From IMG/VR virus record IMGVR_UViG_3300023174_000038, positions 186,001-250,000 of that record: DNA of 64,000 nucleotides. One strand, 5' to 3'. Made by a program: the position numbers and the translations under genes. This document shows positions 46,169 through 55,740 of the stretch, piece by piece. Within the stretch, counting starts at the first letter, position 1. Every line of letters begins with the position of its first letter. The notes below the pieces were generated by a model, which was given only the letters and a program-made list of their open reading frames with translations, was not told where the DNA came from and made no database searches.

Positions 46169-46493
46169 TTAATTCTGCTATATGTTTACAAGTTCCACGA
46201 TACATATATCCCGGGCATGTACAAGTTTTTTCATCAGTATCAACAGAGTAAACATTACCTTTACTGCCAGACACTTTAATGATTGTACTCTTTTCTTTAA
46301 TTACCTTGAAAGGATTTGGCTTAACTGCTACAAACTTACGACCACGCTTGTCAATTGTGATCGGATTTTTGAAGTAATGAGGAGTAGTAGAACCAACCTT
46401 GATGTATGCAACCATTTTGCTTCCGTCAAGTAAGTATGTATGATTAGCATTGTTGCCATCATTCCAAACTGTTGTTTCTACTACTGATTCCAT
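46146..46493 (-). CDS. SWIM zinc-finger protein
   Basis: CTCPGY...CKH. Confidence 0.8.
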   Translation of the reverse strand: MESVVETTVWNDGNNANHTYLLDGSKMVAYIKVGSTTPHYFKNPITIDKRGRKFVAVKPNPFKVIKEKSTIIKVSGSKGNVYSVDTDEKTCTCPGYMYRGTCKHIAELNENSVVQ

Positions 46494-46494
46494 A

Positions 46495-46986
46495 TTAAGC
46501 TACCTCTGTTTCTTCTTGTGCAATACGATCTTCCTCGTCCATAATTGCAGACTCTAATGTAACAAAGGCTCCGTCGTGGTCACAGACAAACCAAACAGCC
46601 TTGCCATCAATGTTGCGCAGGATATAGTCATATTCCTGATGTTCGCACTTATTAAAATAATCATTGATATCATTGTAATAGCGAGCCTCGCAACCTACTT
46701 CACCGCGGTCACGACTATAGAATACACACATGTCCCGATATAGATTATTGTATTCAACCAATGTCATGTCTTCCATATCATAGTGACTGAAGGGATGCTT
46801 TGTTCCAATTTGAGGACGCAAACTTGACAAGTCACCGAGGTCAATCAAGTCACGCAAGATGAAGGGATTAGAATAATACTCCATCAACATTTTACCGTTG
46901 TGAGCCAAGTAACCATCCCAATGACAATATACTTGACCAATAGTACCATCAGCGAATTCTAATGCAATTGTAGAACGAGTAGCCAT
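46495..46986 (-). CDS. Hypothetical early protein
   Basis: MATRS...YCHWDGY. Confidence 0.75.
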   Translation of the reverse strand: MATRSTIALEFADGTIGQVYCHWDGYLAHNGKMLMEYYSNPFILRDLIDLGDLSSLRPQIGTKHPFSHYDMEDMTLVEYNNLYRDMCVFYSRDRGEVGCEARYYNDINDYFNKCEHQEYDYILRNIDGKAVWFVCDHDGAFVTLESAIMDEEDRIAQEETEVA

Positions 46987-47045
46987 TTTGTAAGTCCTTT
47001 ATTTAACTGTCTAAGAATATATTATAACACCAAAACCATTTATTG

Positions 47046-47324
47046 TCAAGCCGCAAGCCGCTCTATAATCCAACCCTCTTGGACCATATATTGATGGAAA
47101 TCCCGTGTAGCACGAATCTCAGGAGAGTCGGATGTAGTACCGCACATCTGCAAAGACCGTTCACGCATTTCAACAATTTCTGATCCAGTCCAGGTTGCTG
47201 TTGGATCAGTCATCATTTCATTAAACATGAATTGTTTTGACCTCTTATCCAATGTATTACTGAACGGGTCCAATTGCAAAATAAATCCAGGACCAAGTGA
47301 ATAAACTGTTTGAAGACTAGCCAT
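47046..47324 (-). CDS. Hypothetical early protein
   Basis: Cassette gene with AAGGAG SD. Confidence 0.65.
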   Translation of the reverse strand: MASLQTVYSLGPGFILQLDPFSNTLDKRSKQFMFNEMMTDPTATWTGSEIVEMRERSLQMCGTTSDSPEIRATRDFHQYMVQEGWIIERLAA

Positions 47325-47392
47325 TTTAAAACTCCTTTAATTAACTGTTGATAAGATATATTATACACCCAAACTCATTTATTGTCAACCTT

Positions 47393-47665
47393 TTACACCA
47401 AGTCAACTTGGACTTGTTTGCCTCGGAAAGTGTCACCGAGACCTGTTGGAACTACCTCGTTTTTACGTTTGGCTTCATAACGCAAATAAGACAATTTAAG
47501 CATAGCATCCCAGCAAAGTGTGCGGGCTGTGACTGTAGCGAATTGCTCGGTCATTTGCTTGATAGTCATATACATACCAATATCGTTCTCAGACCCATCA
47601 CCTTTAAAAATTACACGGAATTTTTGTGAGTTATTGAATCCGTCAATGATAGTTTTTGTACGCAT
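47393..47665 (-). CDS. Hypothetical early protein
   Basis: Cassette gene. Confidence 0.65.
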   Translation of the reverse strand: MRTKTIIDGFNNSQKFRVIFKGDGSENDIGMYMTIKQMTEQFATVTARTLCWDAMLKLSYLRYEAKRKNEVVPTGLGDTFRGKQVQVDLV

Positions 47666-47728
47666 TTTCTAGTCCTTTTCTTTACTGTCTAAGATTCTAT
47701 TATAGCACAATTCCCATTTATTGTCAAA

Positions 47729-47989
47729 TTACATTGACCAGTAAGTCTCGCTGGCCGGGTTGCAACAGTTGGGGGTGTCCGCATCAATTTCAACAAGCTT
47801 TCCGGTCATCAGATTCTTGACCGTTTTCTTAGGGAAAACGTAGTATGGATTAAGAACCTTAAAAGCTTCCAAAGTCTTTTGAGTTTGAGCCAAGGGGTTA
47901 GTTTCAATAAACTTAACCATTGAGATAAAACTCATACCCAAAAATTCTGCATCTTTTTGGATAACTTTAACTGCTGTAACTTCTTTCAT
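47729..47989 (-). CDS. Hypothetical early protein
   Basis: VKNLMTG...DTP.CCNPASETYWSM. Confidence 0.7.
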   Translation of the reverse strand: MKEVTAVKVIQKDAEFLGMSFISMVKFIETNPLAQTQKTLEAFKVLNPYYVFPKKTVKNLMTGKLVEIDADTPNCCNPASETYWSM

Positions 47990-48052
47990 TTGTTGTCCTT
48001 TAGTTGACTGTCTAAGATTCTATTATATACCCAAAACCATTTATTGTCAAAT

Positions 48053-48277
48053 TTAGGCTACTTTTGAATCCATCATTTCTGCTAAGATAAACTTGGCAAT
48101 ATTCAATTGTTTACGTACGGCCTCAGAGCGGCCCATAGCACCCAATTCCTGAGCATCAGAAAGAATGCCCATTACGACCATTTCCAGACCAGAAAACTGT
48201 GCGGTAATACTTTCCATGTACTGTTTACGGATGTCCTGTTCTGTCATTCCGTAGCAGTTAGTTTCAAAATTAGTCAT
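48053..48277 (-). CDS. Hypothetical early protein
   Basis: Cassette gene. Confidence 0.65.
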   Translation of the reverse strand: MTNFETNCYGMTEQDIRKQYMESITAQFSGLEMVVMGILSDAQELGAMGRSEAVRKQLNIAKFILAEMMDSKVA

Positions 48278-48332
48278 TGCAAGCTCCTTTAATCAATCAA
48301 TACATGTATTATAGACCCAAAACCATTTATTG

Positions 48333-48599
48333 TCAAATTTTGTATGAGCAATAACCACGGATTTTGCTTTGTTTATTGGTGTAGCTTTCATTGAATTTGA
48401 CTTCATAGCCCTTAGCTTTAAGAGCCGTCATTAGTGTTGACAGGTCACAGTCTTCCTCAAGGAAAGCATTAGTACCATTTTGGTAACTGTAAGGGGTGAT
48501 CTTATCAGCGATACCAAGACTAACCAACTTTGCTTTGGGGAAACGTGCCCATGCATGTCCGGGGTCACCAAATACTTTGATAGAGATTTTCTTTGTCAT
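48333..48599 (-). CDS. Hypothetical early protein
   Basis: DPGHAW...FLEEDCD. Confidence 0.7.
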   Translation of the reverse strand: MTKKISIKVFGDPGHAWARFPKAKLVSLGIADKITPYSYQNGTNAFLEEDCDLSTLMTALKAKGYEVKFNESYTNKQSKIRGYCSYKI

Positions 48600-48657
48600 T
48601 GCATAGTCCTTTATTTAACTGTCTAAGATTCTATTGTAGCACAATGTCCATTTATTG

Positions 48658-49185
48658 TCAAATTTCCCAATTATAGGGACATAACGCTAGTTGACGAAAA
48701 GACCGAAATCTAAAGTTTTCAAATTTTTTAATATTGTCTTTTTTAATATTGTAAGAATATGTAATTAATCCACAATTCTTTTTATTATGCATTGTAATAT
48801 GTTTACTCCAAAAGCTTTTGGGTAAGAAATAATACATTAAAGAATCGGTGTGCGGGTTGTAAACTATAACTCTTAATCCACCTTGTTTAAGTGTACCGGC
48901 AGATGTGACTACACTATGTACTGCACCTGTAAAACTAGTGTTTGATGTACCTGAAGAATTAACACCAATACTAGCTGTTTTACTATCGGTACCATCTGAA
49001 AAATCACAATGGCTACCATCAATAAATTTATAAGATCCTACTGCCGCAAAACTTTCCTCTATTAACCTAGTAACGTTAAACATATCAGGATTCTTGTAAG
49101 CCCAATTACACAAGTCCTGACTGCGTTTGAATGCAGGGTGATATTTGAAAATTACTTCACGGAACAATACTGCATTTTTAGACAT
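48658..49185 (-). CDS. Hypothetical protein, possible PD-(D/E)xK-like nuclease
   Basis: EE...DFSDGTDSK pattern. Confidence 0.5.
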   Translation of the reverse strand: MSKNAVLFREVIFKYHPAFKRSQDLCNWAYKNPDMFNVTRLIEESFAAVGSYKFIDGSHCDFSDGTDSKTASIGVNSSGTSNTSFTGAVHSVVTSAGTLKQGGLRVIVYNPHTDSLMYYFLPKSFWSKHITMHNKKNCGLITYSYNIKKDNIKKFENFRFRSFRQLALCPYNWEI

Positions 49186-49251
49186 AAAAAATTCCTATTA
49201 AAGTTACAATCAGATGTAAGTTTAACAGGAATTCAGTTTATTGTCAAATTA

Positions 49252-49845
49252 TTAACTGTTGCGTTTTTGCAACACACTATCAGCTAGGCCATATGCTACG
49301 GCCTCACTTGCACTCATAAAAAAGTCACGTTCCATGTCTTTTGCAAGTTCCTCAAACGTCTTTCCAGCACTATTGTGGTCAACATAGATTTGTGTTAGTG
49401 ACTTTTTCATAGCCAGTATCTCTTTAACTTGAATCTCCATATCAGTAGCTTGACCACGGGCACCACCACTTGGTTGATGAATCATATGTCGTGCATTAGG
49501 TAGAATACTACGTTTACCTTTTGCACCTGCTTGACCTAACAAACTACCCATTGAACAGGCCTGACCCATAACAATTGTTTGAACATCGGGTCTAATAAAT
49601 TGCATACAATCATAGATTGCCATACCAGCTGTTACTGAGCCACCTGGACTATTAACATAGAGGCTAATGTCTTTATCTGAATCTTCGCTTTCCAAATATA
49701 GTAGTTGTGCAACGATTAGATTTGCCATTTGGTCATGTACTTCACCTTCAAGTAAAATTACACGGTCTTTTAACAGACGACTATAAATGTCATAACTACG
49801 TTCACCTTTACTTGTTTGTTCTAATACCATTGGGACTAAGCTCAT
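49252..49845 (-). CDS. clpP: ClpP protease
   Basis: [29 protein letters not shown]. Confidence 0.97.
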   Translation of the reverse strand: MSLVPMVLEQTSKGERSYDIYSRLLKDRVILLEGEVHDQMANLIVAQLLYLESEDSDKDISLYVNSPGGSVTAGMAIYDCMQFIRPDVQTIVMGQACSMGSLLGQAGAKGKRSILPNARHMIHQPSGGARGQATDMEIQVKEILAMKKSLTQIYVDHNSAGKTFEELAKDMERDFFMSASEAVAYGLADSVLQKRNS

Positions 49846-49930
49846 ATTGTTTCCTTCTTTAAAAATATTTTGCGATAAATACTTAATGGTGCTATAATTA
49901 GCACTTCATTAACTCTTTGAGATATTATAC

Positions 49931-51007
49931 ATGAGATATACTGAATTTACAAGAACTTTGGTTGAAGCTGTTGACCAAATTAAAACTGTTACCAAACATG
50001 ATGTGGAACAGACTTTGCGTAAAGCTGGGTATGAAGATTTCAAAATCAACGGCAATAAAATCAACGTTTTGGTACAGATACCTGATGGTGCAAAGAAAGC
50101 TGAATTTCGCAATGATATCTTACAAGAAGTATTGGCTGTACTCAAAAAAGCATATCCACAAGATGGGGTAGAGTATTCAAGTGATCCTGGTATTAGTAGT
50201 TTGGGTGGTATAATATTTGCTAATAGTCCTGTACAAGTTGTTGTAAAAGACAGTGGTAAACAGGGTGAAAAAAGTGCTGGTGTAGCTAACGAAATAGAAT
50301 TAGCTAGTATTATTCAATCAGTAGTTGAAACATATGGTTCAGCTAATGTAACATTTGTTGATCCACGTGGTAAGAAGATGACCATTAAGAACTGCATAAA
50401 TGTTGACGTTGCAGGGCGTGATACAGGTGGACGCAAAAAAGCTGACGTAGTGTTACAAAGTCCTAAAGGATTCTTGCCAATTAGTATTAAGAAATTAGAT
50501 GCTGATATGTGGGAAAGTGCTGACAATTTGTTTGGTCAACGTGCCCGTAGTATCTTAGATAGTTTGGTAAAGAACGGTGATGTTAAACTTAATAAGATTG
50601 GCGAACGCAAGTCAAAAACAGGAAGTGTTCCTGTATATGAATTAAGTAAAGAGATTGTTATGGAGCCTACTGAAGAAGAAGCATTAAATGCAATCTTTGG
50701 TAGTGATTTAAATCCTAAAGGTGGAATTGTTATTCAGACCTTTAAGCCAGAGCATTTTGTACAAGATGGTGCTACTGTAACTGTTGATGCACATGCTGTT
50801 ATTACTAGTGCAGCCGATATACCAGAAAGTCATTTAATGGTTTGGTTGTTACGTAATGATAGTACACGTAATGGTGGTAGTTTAGGTGTTGCTGGTATTC
50901 GTCCCTTAGGAGTTACATTAACTCGCGGTATAGGTAAGAAGGGTACAAAAGATGTTATCTTAGTGGATCAACACGGTAACGTAGTTAAGAATCCAAATAT
51001 CAAATAA
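49931..51007 (+). CDS. PD-(D/E)xK-like nuclease-fold protein
   Basis: GVANE...KKADVVL...ISIKK; N-terminus MRYTEFTRTLVEA. Confidence 0.55.
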   Translation: MRYTEFTRTLVEAVDQIKTVTKHDVEQTLRKAGYEDFKINGNKINVLVQIPDGAKKAEFRNDILQEVLAVLKKAYPQDGVEYSSDPGISSLGGIIFANSPVQVVVKDSGKQGEKSAGVANEIELASIIQSVVETYGSANVTFVDPRGKKMTIKNCINVDVAGRDTGGRKKADVVLQSPKGFLPISIKKLDADMWESADNLFGQRARSILDSLVKNGDVKLNKIGERKSKTGSVPVYELSKEIVMEPTEEEALNAIFGSDLNPKGGIVIQTFKPEHFVQDGATVTVDAHAVITSAADIPESHLMVWLLRNDSTRNGGSLGVAGIRPLGVTLTRGIGKKGTKDVILVDQHGNVVKNPNIK

Positions 51008-51499
51008 TTAACATTTATCAAAACGTTGATGTTTAAACCAACGTTTACGACCGTGTCCTAATTTCAATGAAATTCCATGTTTGGCTAACCTTTCACGATG
51101 TGCGTAAAAGCTAGGACCATGACTCATTATTCTGTCCTTACCCTCACGTTCACGTTTTTCCCCGTCAATATCCCATTGATATTGATGAACCATTTCATGT
51201 GCTAGAGTAGTGATTAACCATTGTTTACAGAACCATTTGTCCATAAGACGGATTTTACAATAGGTTTTACGATATTTGACTATTTCATAACTAGCAAAGC
51301 ACATGCCCCAGTATTTTCTACAGCGGGCCGTAACCTCAATTTCAGGCATGTTCAACTTATTGTTAAAGCATGCCTGATTGATTATTTTATATAGTTCTAT
51401 TACTTCAGCTACATTTGTTCGGTAGCTTAGACGTTTTTGGTAACCGATACTTGGTAGCGGTTCACGCATTAGTTTGGAAAGTTCGGATTTTTTTGTCAT
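51008..51499 (-). CDS. SprT-like metalloprotease
   Basis: TLAHEMVH...SHGPSF. Confidence 0.85.
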   Translation of the reverse strand: MTKKSELSKLMREPLPSIGYQKRLSYRTNVAEVIELYKIINQACFNNKLNMPEIEVTARCRKYWGMCFASYEIVKYRKTYCKIRLMDKWFCKQWLITTLAHEMVHQYQWDIDGEKREREGKDRIMSHGPSFYAHRERLAKHGISLKLGHGRKRWFKHQRFDKC

Positions 51500-51597
51500 A
51501 CTGTATTTATTGTAGCAGGAACCTGTAATCTAACAATATATTAGGAAAAATAACCAATTTGTCGTCCGTGAGTAAATATATGTTTAGGAGAAATTAA

Positions 51598-51924
51598 ATG
51601 GAAATTATTATAGGATTGGTCATTTTGGCCGGGGTATCTTGGTTTTTTATTATGCGTAACGGTAAGAAAATAGAAGTTGCGGCACCTTATAAGGTAGAAA
51701 CACCTGCTCCAGTATCAGAGCCAGTTAAGGTTGAGGAAACTAAAGTTGAAGTAATCCCTGCGGGAACTGAAGCTTCGGTTGCGGCACCGGTTAAAAAGGC
51801 ACCTGCTAAGCCAAAAGCGGCAGCAAAACCTAAGGCAACTGCTAAAACAGCTACAGCCAAAGAGCCTGCTAAAACTACTAAAGCTAAAGCACCTGCTAAG
51901 CCAAAAGTTACAGTAGCAAAATAA
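51598..51924 (+). CDS. Membrane-anchored Lys/Ala/Pro-rich protein
   Basis: N-terminal TM then KAPAKPK repeats. Confidence 0.7.
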   Translation: MEIIIGLVILAGVSWFFIMRNGKKIEVAAPYKVETPAPVSEPVKVEETKVEVIPAGTEASVAAPVKKAPAKPKAAAKPKATAKTATAKEPAKTTKAKAPAKPKVTVAK

Positions 51925-51939
51925 CTACTGATTTGATTA

Positions 51940-52632
51940 ATGAAAATAGGATTTGATGTAATCAGTGACTTAAATCTTGTACCAGAAGAACAATTCAACT
52001 GGGAAGGGAAAGCAACAAGTCTCTATTGTATTATAGCAGGTAACATCAGTAATGATTTACGTACTATACATCAAATCCTATTACATTTATCACGTTTTTA
52101 TCAAGGTGTGTTCTACACCGCAGGAACATTAGAATATGAAGGTGTATCACATATACCATCACGTACTACTGAACTTTTTAATATATGTAAAAATATACGC
52201 AATGTAGCATATTTACATAATCATGTAGTTATAATAGATGGGATTGCTATTGTAGGTACAAATGGTTGGTATAACACTAATCTGTCTCATTCTTTATTAA
52301 CTCTATCCGATATAGAAAATGAACGTTATGAAGATATAGGATATCTAAGTAACACCTTAGAAAAATTACAATTACACTTAGATGTAACAAAAATTCTAAT
52401 TGTTAGTCATTCCGCTCCCAGTTTTGATTTACTATTTGGGGAAGAATCGGATGACATATATACAATCCCCCCTTTGAAATTAACATTAATTAAAGACCTA
52501 GAGGGTAAGGTAACTCATTGGGTATACGGTGATTACAATAAAACCGTTGATATTGTAATGGACAATGTTAATTACATTAACAACAGTTATTATAAAAGAA
52601 ACCCTTATTGGGCTAAAAGAATAGAAATTTAG
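51940..52632 (+). CDS. Degenerate metallophosphoesterase-fold protein
   Basis: ISDLNL, AGNIS, AGTLEY, WVYGD replace the canonical DxH, GD, GNHE and HGH. Confidence 0.65.
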   Translation: MKIGFDVISDLNLVPEEQFNWEGKATSLYCIIAGNISNDLRTIHQILLHLSRFYQGVFYTAGTLEYEGVSHIPSRTTELFNICKNIRNVAYLHNHVVIIDGIAIVGTNGWYNTNLSHSLLTLSDIENERYEDIGYLSNTLEKLQLHLDVTKILIVSHSAPSFDLLFGEESDDIYTIPPLKLTLIKDLEGKVTHWVYGDYNKTVDIVMDNVNYINNSYYKRNPYWAKRIEI

Positions 52633-52937
52633 TTAGTTTCTGACTCTACTTTAACTTGTAGAGGATAACCTTGACTACGTGCAGATACCGTTACTTCAAT
52701 TCCTTTTTGTTCAGCAATTTCGTAAGGTAAAACAGCAACAACTGCACTGCCGTTACTATGTATGTTCTCAGTAATATGTGCAGCCGTGTCATCAGTATAA
52801 TTGAAATATTCAATTAAACTACTTACAACAAATTCCATACTTGTTACTTCATCATTCAAATAAATGATTTTGAATAATGGGGGTTCCGTCAAATTCAAGT
52901 TAGGTTTGATTGTGGTTTTGATTTCTGTTTTAGACAT
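52629..52937 (-). CDS. clpS: ClpS adaptor
   Basis: LNDEVTSMEFVV...IHSNGSAVV...EIAEQK...YPL. Confidence 0.9.
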   Translation of the reverse strand: MSKTEIKTTIKPNLNLTEPPLFKIIYLNDEVTSMEFVVSSLIEYFNYTDDTAAHITENIHSNGSAVVAVLPYEIAEQKGIEVTVSARSQGYPLQVKVESETN

Positions 52938-52999
52938 AGTATTATATTAGTTATGTGTGTGAGTTGCCCCACACACTTATTTATAGAAGTTTTATTATA

Positions 53000-53449
53000 T
53001 TACTTAGTGTAAGTTATTGCAATAGATTTCGGCTTCTTCTCTTCAGGAATCTTACGTTCCAAATATACAGAAAGAATTCCGTTTTTTACTTCAGCATGTA
53101 TCACTTCAACATGTTCCGCTAATGGGAATGTTTGTGTGAAGTCTCTGCTACTTAAACCTCTATGTAAATATTCATAGTTAAGCATTTCTTCACGAACCTT
53201 AGATCCAGATATAATTAATGCATTATTATCTAATTTTATATCTACTTCGTTCTCTCCAAACCCTGCTACAGCGACCTCAATAGTGACAGTCTCCTCGCCA
53301 GTTTTTATAACGTTATGTGGTGGATAATTAGTATTTGTTTGTCCAGCCGTTAGACGCATTAATTCATCTAACATAGAATCAAATCCTATTCCAAATTTGT
53401 GAATTGATGGAATATCAATAGCACGAAGGGTTAATGTTTTTGTTGTCAT
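53000..53449 (-). CDS. Small heat shock protein (IbpA-like)
   Basis: IGFD, NYPPHN, AVAGF, YLHRGLSSR, NGIL. Confidence 0.93.
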   Translation of the reverse strand: MTTKTLTLRAIDIPSIHKFGIGFDSMLDELMRLTAGQTNTNYPPHNVIKTGEETVTIEVAVAGFGENEVDIKLDNNALIISGSKVREEMLNYEYLHRGLSSRDFTQTFPLAEHVEVIHAEVKNGILSVYLERKIPEEKKPKSIAITYTK

Positions 53450-53508
53450 GTTTTTCTCCTAATAAGCAAGTTATGACGATATCGGGCCCGCCGAATGCGG
53501 CACCCGAT
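53450..53508 (-). promoter_or_regulatory. ROSE-like RNA thermometer of hsp20
   Basis: CUUGCU-UAUU-AGGAG plus upstream GC hairpin. Confidence 0.7.
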
Positions 53509-53517
53509 TTTTTTAAG

Positions 53518-55413
53518 TTAAATTGATTCTTTAACTTCTGCATCAACTACATTGTCATCAGACTTTTGTGATTGAGATGCCTCTTTAGCTTTTTGTTCCT
53601 CTTCGGATTTAACCTTAGTAATAGGACCAATAGCTTCATATAGTTCTTTAACCTTGTTGTCAATGGCTTCAACATCGGTTCCGGCTAATGCAACTTCTAG
53701 TGCATCAATAGCATTAGATGCTTTTTCTTTTTCTTCGGCTGACACTTTGTCACCGTATTTTTCATAATCTTTACGGAAACTATTTAATGTTGATTCACCA
53801 CTATTTTTTGTTTGAATGAACTTAACTTGTTTAGCATCAGATTCAGCATTCGCTTCAGCTTCATCAACCATCTGTTGAATTTCTCTTTCAGATAATCCTG
53901 AATCAGATTTGATTGTAATCTTATTCTCTTTACCAGTACCTTTGTCTCTAGCACTTACATTAAGAATACCATTAGCATCAATATCTAATGTAACTTCAAT
54001 TTGCGGGACACCTCGCATTGCAGGAGGAATACCCTCTAAATTAAATTCACCCAATGACTTGTTATATGTAAACAAATCACGTTCACCTTGTGCAACTTTA
54101 ATAGTTACGGCTGGCTGATTGTCATCTGCTGTACTGAATACTTGACTATGTTTAGTTGGAATAGTTGTATTCTTTTTAATTAATTTAGTGAATACACCAC
54201 CTGAGGTTTCAATACCTAAGCTTAATGGTGTTACATCTAGTAACAATACGTCGGTACGTTCACCGGCTAATACACTACCTTGAAGTGCCGCACCTGCTGC
54301 CACTGCTTCATCTGGGTTAACATCTTTACGTGGTTGTTTACCAAATAACGCTTCAACCGTTTCCTGTACCTTAGGCATACGTGTCATACCACCAACAAGA
54401 ATAACCTCATCAATATCAGATGTAGATACACCTGCATCTTTCATGGCTTGCTTGCATGGCTGAATACTACGTTGGATTAATTCATCTACCAATGATTCTA
54501 ATTTGGCACGACTTAATTTAACATTTAAATGTTTAGGACCACTAGCATCTGCTGTAATATAAGGTAAGTTAACATCTGTTTGTGCTGAACTTGACAATTC
54601 AATTTTAGCCTTTTCAGCCGCTTCTTTTAAGCGTTGTAGTGCTAGCATATCTTTCTTAAGGTCAACCGCATTGTCTTTCTTAAATTCATCAACCAAGTAA
54701 TCCATGATACGTTGGTCAAAGTCTTCACCACCTAAGAATGTATCACCATTAGTTGATAATACTTCAATTTGAGTTTCACCTTCAACGTCTGCTAATTCAA
54801 TGATAGATACATCAAATGTACCACCACCTAAGTCATAGACAGCAATCTTACGATCCTTCTTGTCTTGTTTGTCTACGCCATATGCTAACGCAGCCGCTGT
54901 GGGTTCGTTGATAATACGCAATACTTCTAAACCAGCAATGCGTCCTGCATCTTTAGTAGCTTGTCTTTGACTGTCATTGAAGTAAGCTGGTACTGTAATA
55001 ACTGCTTGAGTAACTGTTGTACCCAAATAGTCTTCCGCAGTCTTTTTCATTTTGCGTAGTACTTCAGCACTGATTTGTGGTGGGGCTAATTTTTGTCCGT
55101 TTACTTCTACCCATGCATCACTATTCTCGTTTTTAACGATTTTATATGGCATTAAATCAATATCTTTTTGAACAGCGTTTTCTGTGAACTTACGTCCAAT
55201 TAATCGCTTGGCAGCATAGATAGTGTTTTTTGGGTTTGTAACTGATTGACGTTTGGCACTTGCACCTACTAGAATCTCATCATTGGCATAGGCAACGATT
55301 GAGGGTGTAGTTCTTGTACCTTCACTATTTTCAATTATTTTGGGAATTCCGTTTTCAATAACGGCTACACAGGAATTTGTGGTTCCGAGATCTATTCCAA
55401 TTACTTTGCTCAT
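53518..55413 (-). CDS. dnaK: DnaK / Hsp70
   Basis: [25 protein letters not shown]; start MSKV after AGGAG. Confidence 0.98.
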   Translation of the reverse strand: MSKVIGIDLGTTNSCVAVIENGIPKIIENSEGTRTTPSIVAYANDEILVGASAKRQSVTNPKNTIYAAKRLIGRKFTENAVQKDIDLMPYKIVKNENSDAWVEVNGQKLAPPQISAEVLRKMKKTAEDYLGTTVTQAVITVPAYFNDSQRQATKDAGRIAGLEVLRIINEPTAAALAYGVDKQDKKDRKIAVYDLGGGTFDVSIIELADVEGETQIEVLSTNGDTFLGGEDFDQRIMDYLVDEFKKDNAVDLKKDMLALQRLKEAAEKAKIELSSSAQTDVNLPYITADASGPKHLNVKLSRAKLESLVDELIQRSIQPCKQAMKDAGVSTSDIDEVILVGGMTRMPKVQETVEALFGKQPRKDVNPDEAVAAGAALQGSVLAGERTDVLLLDVTPLSLGIETSGGVFTKLIKKNTTIPTKHSQVFSTADDNQPAVTIKVAQGERDLFTYNKSLGEFNLEGIPPAMRGVPQIEVTLDIDANGILNVSARDKGTGKENKITIKSDSGLSEREIQQMVDEAEANAESDAKQVKFIQTKNSGESTLNSFRKDYEKYGDKVSAEEKEKASNAIDALEVALAGTDVEAIDNKVKELYEAIGPITKVKSEEEQKAKEASQSQKSDDNVVDAEVKESI

Positions 55414-55482
55414 TGTTTTCTCCTTTGTAAAGCAAGATTTTTTCTCTATAGACCCGTTAGGCATCTATAGAAAAGTATTTAT
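55414..55482 (-). promoter_or_regulatory. TAAATA promoter and ROSE-like thermometer of dnaK
   Basis: CUAUAGAUGCC..GGGUCUAUAG hairpin then UCUUGCUU-UACA-AAGGAGA. Confidence 0.65.
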
Positions 55483-55521
55483 TATACTAGATTGTGTAAA
55501 GAAATATATTATTTAGGGAAA

Positions 55522-55740
55522 TTAATACAACTTTTTAGGCAATTGCTGGTCACGCAAATATTTGTCCCAACGTCTTTTAGCCTGACTTTTAGCTAGTTTA
55601 CGTTTAACTGTAGGTTTCACAAATTCTTGTCGGTCACGGGTTTCTTGTAAAGTACCATAATCTGTAATCATTTTCTTGAACTTACGTAAGGCCTTTTCTG
55701 TATTTCCGTCATTAACTAAAACTTTGCGTCCTCTAATCAT
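55522..55740 (-). CDS. rpsU: Ribosomal protein S21
   Basis: EKALRKFKK...RQEFVKPTVKRK. Confidence 0.88.
   Translation of the reverse strand: MIRGRKVLVNDGNTEKALRKFKKMITDYGTLQETRDRQEFVKPTVKRKLAKSQAKRRWDKYLRDQQLPKKLY

Larger units (their letters stand above)
46993..48661 (-). repeat. Array of six promoter-leader cassettes (46993-47049, 47331-47388, 47671-47727, 47995-48050, 48284-48336, 48605-48661)
   Basis: Each TTGACAATAAAT-N11-TA(T/C)AAT; four continue (A)TCTTAGACAGT...AAAGGAC, and each precedes one gene. Confidence 0.85.

Noticed and set aside
46993-48661. CRISPR array
   Set aside because: The repeats are promoters separated by whole genes, and no cas genes are present.
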